This document shows positions 60,173 to 64,000 of a DNA stretch of 64,000 nt, in pieces (position 1 is the stretch's first letter; the number at the start of each line of letters is the position of its first letter). The notes below the pieces were generated by a model, which worked only from the letters and a program-made list of their open reading frames with translations, did not search any database and had not been told where the DNA came from. This DNA comes from Octopus vulgaris (Eukaryota): contig OX597833.1 of the NCBI GenBank assembly GCA_951406725.2, positions 12,834,001 through 12,898,000 of the forward strand, given 5' to 3'. The position numbers and the translations under genes are program-made.

Positions 60173-62260
60173 TTACCCATGCGGTATTTTTTCGGTTAAC
60201 ATTTTAAACCTCGCAGCGTGCCTGCAAGAATTTAAGAGCTCTCGTCTCTGATTCAATGCATGTTTATCCTGGGACAGGATGAAGAACTTTTCTGAGAAGC
60301 AAAGATTACATTCCATAGGTCTTCTATAAGCTCCATGTTTGTATAATGGTGCTTTTTTCAAAATTGCCCAGCTGATATTGAAAGGACGGGTGTCATTTTT
60401 CTTCAATTGCCAGACAAATTTTTTCAAGACTTGTTACTGACCTATTCTCGGGGTATCGGAAAGAATTTCGGTGGGAATAAAACCGTATCTTGAATGAACT
60501 CTCCGAAGCCGCTGTGTAAGTTTTATATTCTTGTGAGCCATCTATTTGCACTCTAGCTCTATAAGCAATTCCTTTTTCAAAACATTTACCTTCTAACGGA
60601 CAGCAAGTCTTATCTTTGAAATTGCAGTTCCTCGGATTAGATTCGGCACTGAGGTTGTTTGTAATAATTTTTGTGTTATTCTGATTAGTAAAAGAGGTGA
60701 AGTTTTTGCAACAAGAATAGCTAACCTTCAGTGTTCTCCTATTAAATATTCTACAATTCAATACTTTTAAGAATTCCCTACCTATATTAGTATTTACGGC
60801 AATTTTAAATGTCGGATTAAACCACAAAACATTTCTAGTTCTAGTTCTATGTAGATTATTATTGTTAGAATAAGTTTGACTATTCTGGATCTTCTCTGAG
60901 AATCCACTTTTTAATGCATTGTTATAATACGGCGCGGCATTTTGAAATGCTACCTTATCTGAAGACGTTGATATTCGCCTTCATATACTACTAACTAGGT
61001 TCTTAAGAATTACGGTTGGATGATTTGATTCTTTGCTAATATAACATAGTTTATCTAATTCATGGCCGTTTAAATTATGGGTGACTATAAGACCGTCATC
61101 CCTGTATAATCTTGTATCTATAAAAGGGAATTCTAGATGCAGGTTATGCAAAATATAAGTTCCTATAAGCATACACAACTCCACTCCATTGTATGCCCCT
61201 ATCAGTACATTGAATAGAGAATCCTCGCTCTTTTTGACCAAGGTGGAATCATTGTAAAAAAGGAGGGATTTTCTTGCATGTAGGATAATATCTATTTCCG
61301 AGCTATCGATGGTGACATACTGCTTGGCGAATTGTAATGCTTTTAGAAACAGAGGCCTAGATATTGACGGATAAAAATCAGCAATATCGAACTGCGTAAA
61401 TCTGCAGTTATGCTTATGGTTAATCCCTTTGAATCAAACTCTCACTGACTTGCTATTTTTCCAAATCCGTAAATTTAATTCAGTATTTAACTTGCTTAAA
61501 ATACGATCTAAAATATATTTGCTAATGATATCTGTTTCAGTTTTAGCTGGGTTAATTAGTCTACATTTAGGGTTTCTATTGAAATCTGCTTTGAGGTCCT
61601 GCAAGGTAATAAAGAGTTGGCGTTGCGGGAGGTATTCTATCCTTGTAGTAAAGATTGTTTGCTAACATAACATGGCAGTCCTGGTTTAGGACTAATGTTG
61701 CTGTACTTTAGCCCCATATAAGGACACAGATCGTGCCGTATAGCCAGTTGGAGACGATGTCTTCTGTAGCTAAATTACAGCAACATTCGTCCTAAACCAG
61801 GACTGCCATGTTATGTTGGCAAACAATCTTTACTACAAAGTACTGTTGCTGAAGATCTCACGTTGTGAGATTTAAAAATAGTAGTTTTTTTAATCCTATC
61901 ACTAACTTTAAGATTGTTAACAATTCGTCTTACCTCCAAATTCACCTCTTTATATAAATTCGTATTATTATTTTTTTTTGTAGGTGTCTGTAATGCTGTT
62001 CGAAAGTAGACGTTTATAAACATCTTTGTCAACCGCTTATAAGTTTTTTGTTTCGCCGGAGTTTACGAAGATTTTATCCGAGTTTTTCATGTCTCTATTT
62101 TTTTCCCTTCATATTTCTCTGAAGTGGGTCGTTGAATTTGCGGGATTTAATTCTTGTAATAAACTCGAAAAGGTCTTTTTCAATGGCTTCAAATTTCGAA
62201 ATAGGTCGTGGATTTTTAGAAGATTTAAGGCCATTTGTACATGATAACACTTCCAATCAG
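60173..62260 (-). pseudogene. Decayed Penelope-like retroelement (RT + C-terminal GIY-YIG), probably Naiad-type
   Basis: Minus strand, in order: GLKSSKNP..EKDL, KCRLINPAKT, QFDIADFYPSI, GAYNGVELCMLIG, LYRDDGL, SNHP, WFNP, KVSYSC, CPLEGKC, GIAYRA..KTYTA..FKIRFYSH, CNLCFSEK, LNQRRE..CRH; contains stops, frameshifts and an internal deletion. Confidence 0.88.
61648..61833. mobile_element. Foldback MITE (~65-bp TIRs, GTAAAG termini, TA TSD) inserted in the Penelope-like element
   Basis: gtaaagattgtttgctaacataacatggcagtcctggtttaggac.. / ..gtcctaaaccaggactgccatgttatgttggcaaacaatctttac; TA at 61646-47 and 61834-35. Confidence 0.85.
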
Positions 62261-62274
62261 TTAAATGTTATCAT

Positions 62275-62596
<322 letters not shown>

Positions 62597-62661
62597 GAAG
62601 AAGAAGAAGAAGAAGAAGAAGAAGAAGAAGAAGAAGAAGAAGAAGAAGAAGAAGAAGAAGC

Positions 62662-62993
<332 letters not shown>

Positions 62994-63192
62994 AAGAAGA
63001 AGAAGAAGAAGAAGAAGAAGAAGAAGAAGAAGCTTACGTATATTGAGTCCTAACAAGTTCATGACGTAATTTCATATTCCTTTGTCATTTTAATTTCTTA
63101 TTAATCGCTCTGCACTTGACTGTTGCTTCGTACTGAAGCACGGGCATGTTGAGTTCTAACACCAGGTTCTAACACATTGCTATCACAAAGTG

Positions 63193-63278
<86 letters not shown>

Positions 63279-63281
<3 letters not shown>

Positions 63282-63791
63282 GATGCAAATAGGCCAGACA
63301 TTATATTGAAAGACTTCAGACAAAGAACATGCCTCCTCATTGATATGACTGTCCCAATCGATATAAACGTATCTGTCAAGACCTACCAAAAACTGAGCAA
63401 ATATAAAGATCTTGAAATAGAAATCAGCAAAATGTGGAAGCTGAAGACTAAAACAATACCTGTTGCCATAGGTGCCCTGGGAATGATAGCGAAAGGGACT
63501 GATTGCTACCTAACTTAGATACCAGGAAACCCCAAAATGGCAGAAATTCAAAAGATAGTGCTCATGGGAACTGCTCATATCCTACGCAAAATACTCTCTA
63601 TGTAATCCCAAGGTTTAAAACAAACTTTTTTTTTGTTTATTTATTTATTTTTTTTTTAATGTATTAGACATTCACTAGTACAACACCAAAAAAAAAAAAA
63701 CCCCAAATATATGGCACAGAACTTCCAACCTGTTGTCTCTTGAGGTCTCTGGGTGAGACTTGTACAGACATAAAGCAAAAGTCAAACATAG
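63279..63791 (+). mobile_element. 5'-truncated R4/Dong-type LINE in (TAA)n
   Basis: DANRPDIILKD..GALG plus 3' UTR, near-identical to 32257-32783. Confidence 0.92.
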
Positions 63792-63819
63792 AATAATAAT
63801 AATAATAATAATAATTGAT

Positions 63820-63965
63820 ATGAGATCACCATGTCGCGCACATATGGTTGTAATGCATGTACCTGGTGTACCCTTAACAGACGGGTAGTCATGATGGGTA
63901 TTCTGGGCTTCGTATATTTTACTTCAGTGTCACTTTGATGGCATGCACTGCTTCCTCACTCAATA
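63820..63965 (+). mobile_element. Possible 3' UTR of another retroposon with an AAT/AGT tail
   Basis: Unique segment between trinucleotide tracts; no second copy in the window. Confidence 0.3.
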
Positions 63966-64000
63966 ATAGTAGTAGTAACAATAATAATAATCATAGTAGT

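Noticed and set aside
60173-60827. Selenocysteine recoding, as reported for some Naiad elements
   Set aside because: The Cys positions I could read are Cys (one is Phe), not in-frame TGA; the break near 60420 is a frameshift

Overview
This is AT-rich eukaryotic DNA saturated with microsatellites. I see no intact host protein-coding gene, rRNA, true tRNA or CRISPR array, and nearly all ORFs in the track are translations of simple repeats. The repeat content resembles an Octopus/coleoid cephalopod intergenic or intronic region (inference from the tRNA-headed SINEs and the very high microsatellite density). Retroelements: three tRNA-headed SINE families (my labels A, B, C) with swapped tails; R4/Dong-type RLE LINE fragments, all in (TAA)n; a Tx1/L1 3' end in (TATC)n; CR1 and RTE fragments; and a decayed ~2.1 kb Penelope-like element (RT + GIY-YIG). 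DNA elements: non-autonomous Helitrons, a Helentron-type element, mariner relics and several MITEs. The most interesting signal is a set of at least 8 short non-coding elements, mostly next to (TA)n, that carry minimal type-I hammerhead-ribozyme motifs. They include a retrozyme-like direct-repeat pair and a subfamily with a fixed non-canonical CUGUCGA core. All calls come from reading by eye, and boundaries are approximate unless TSDs or termini are quoted.
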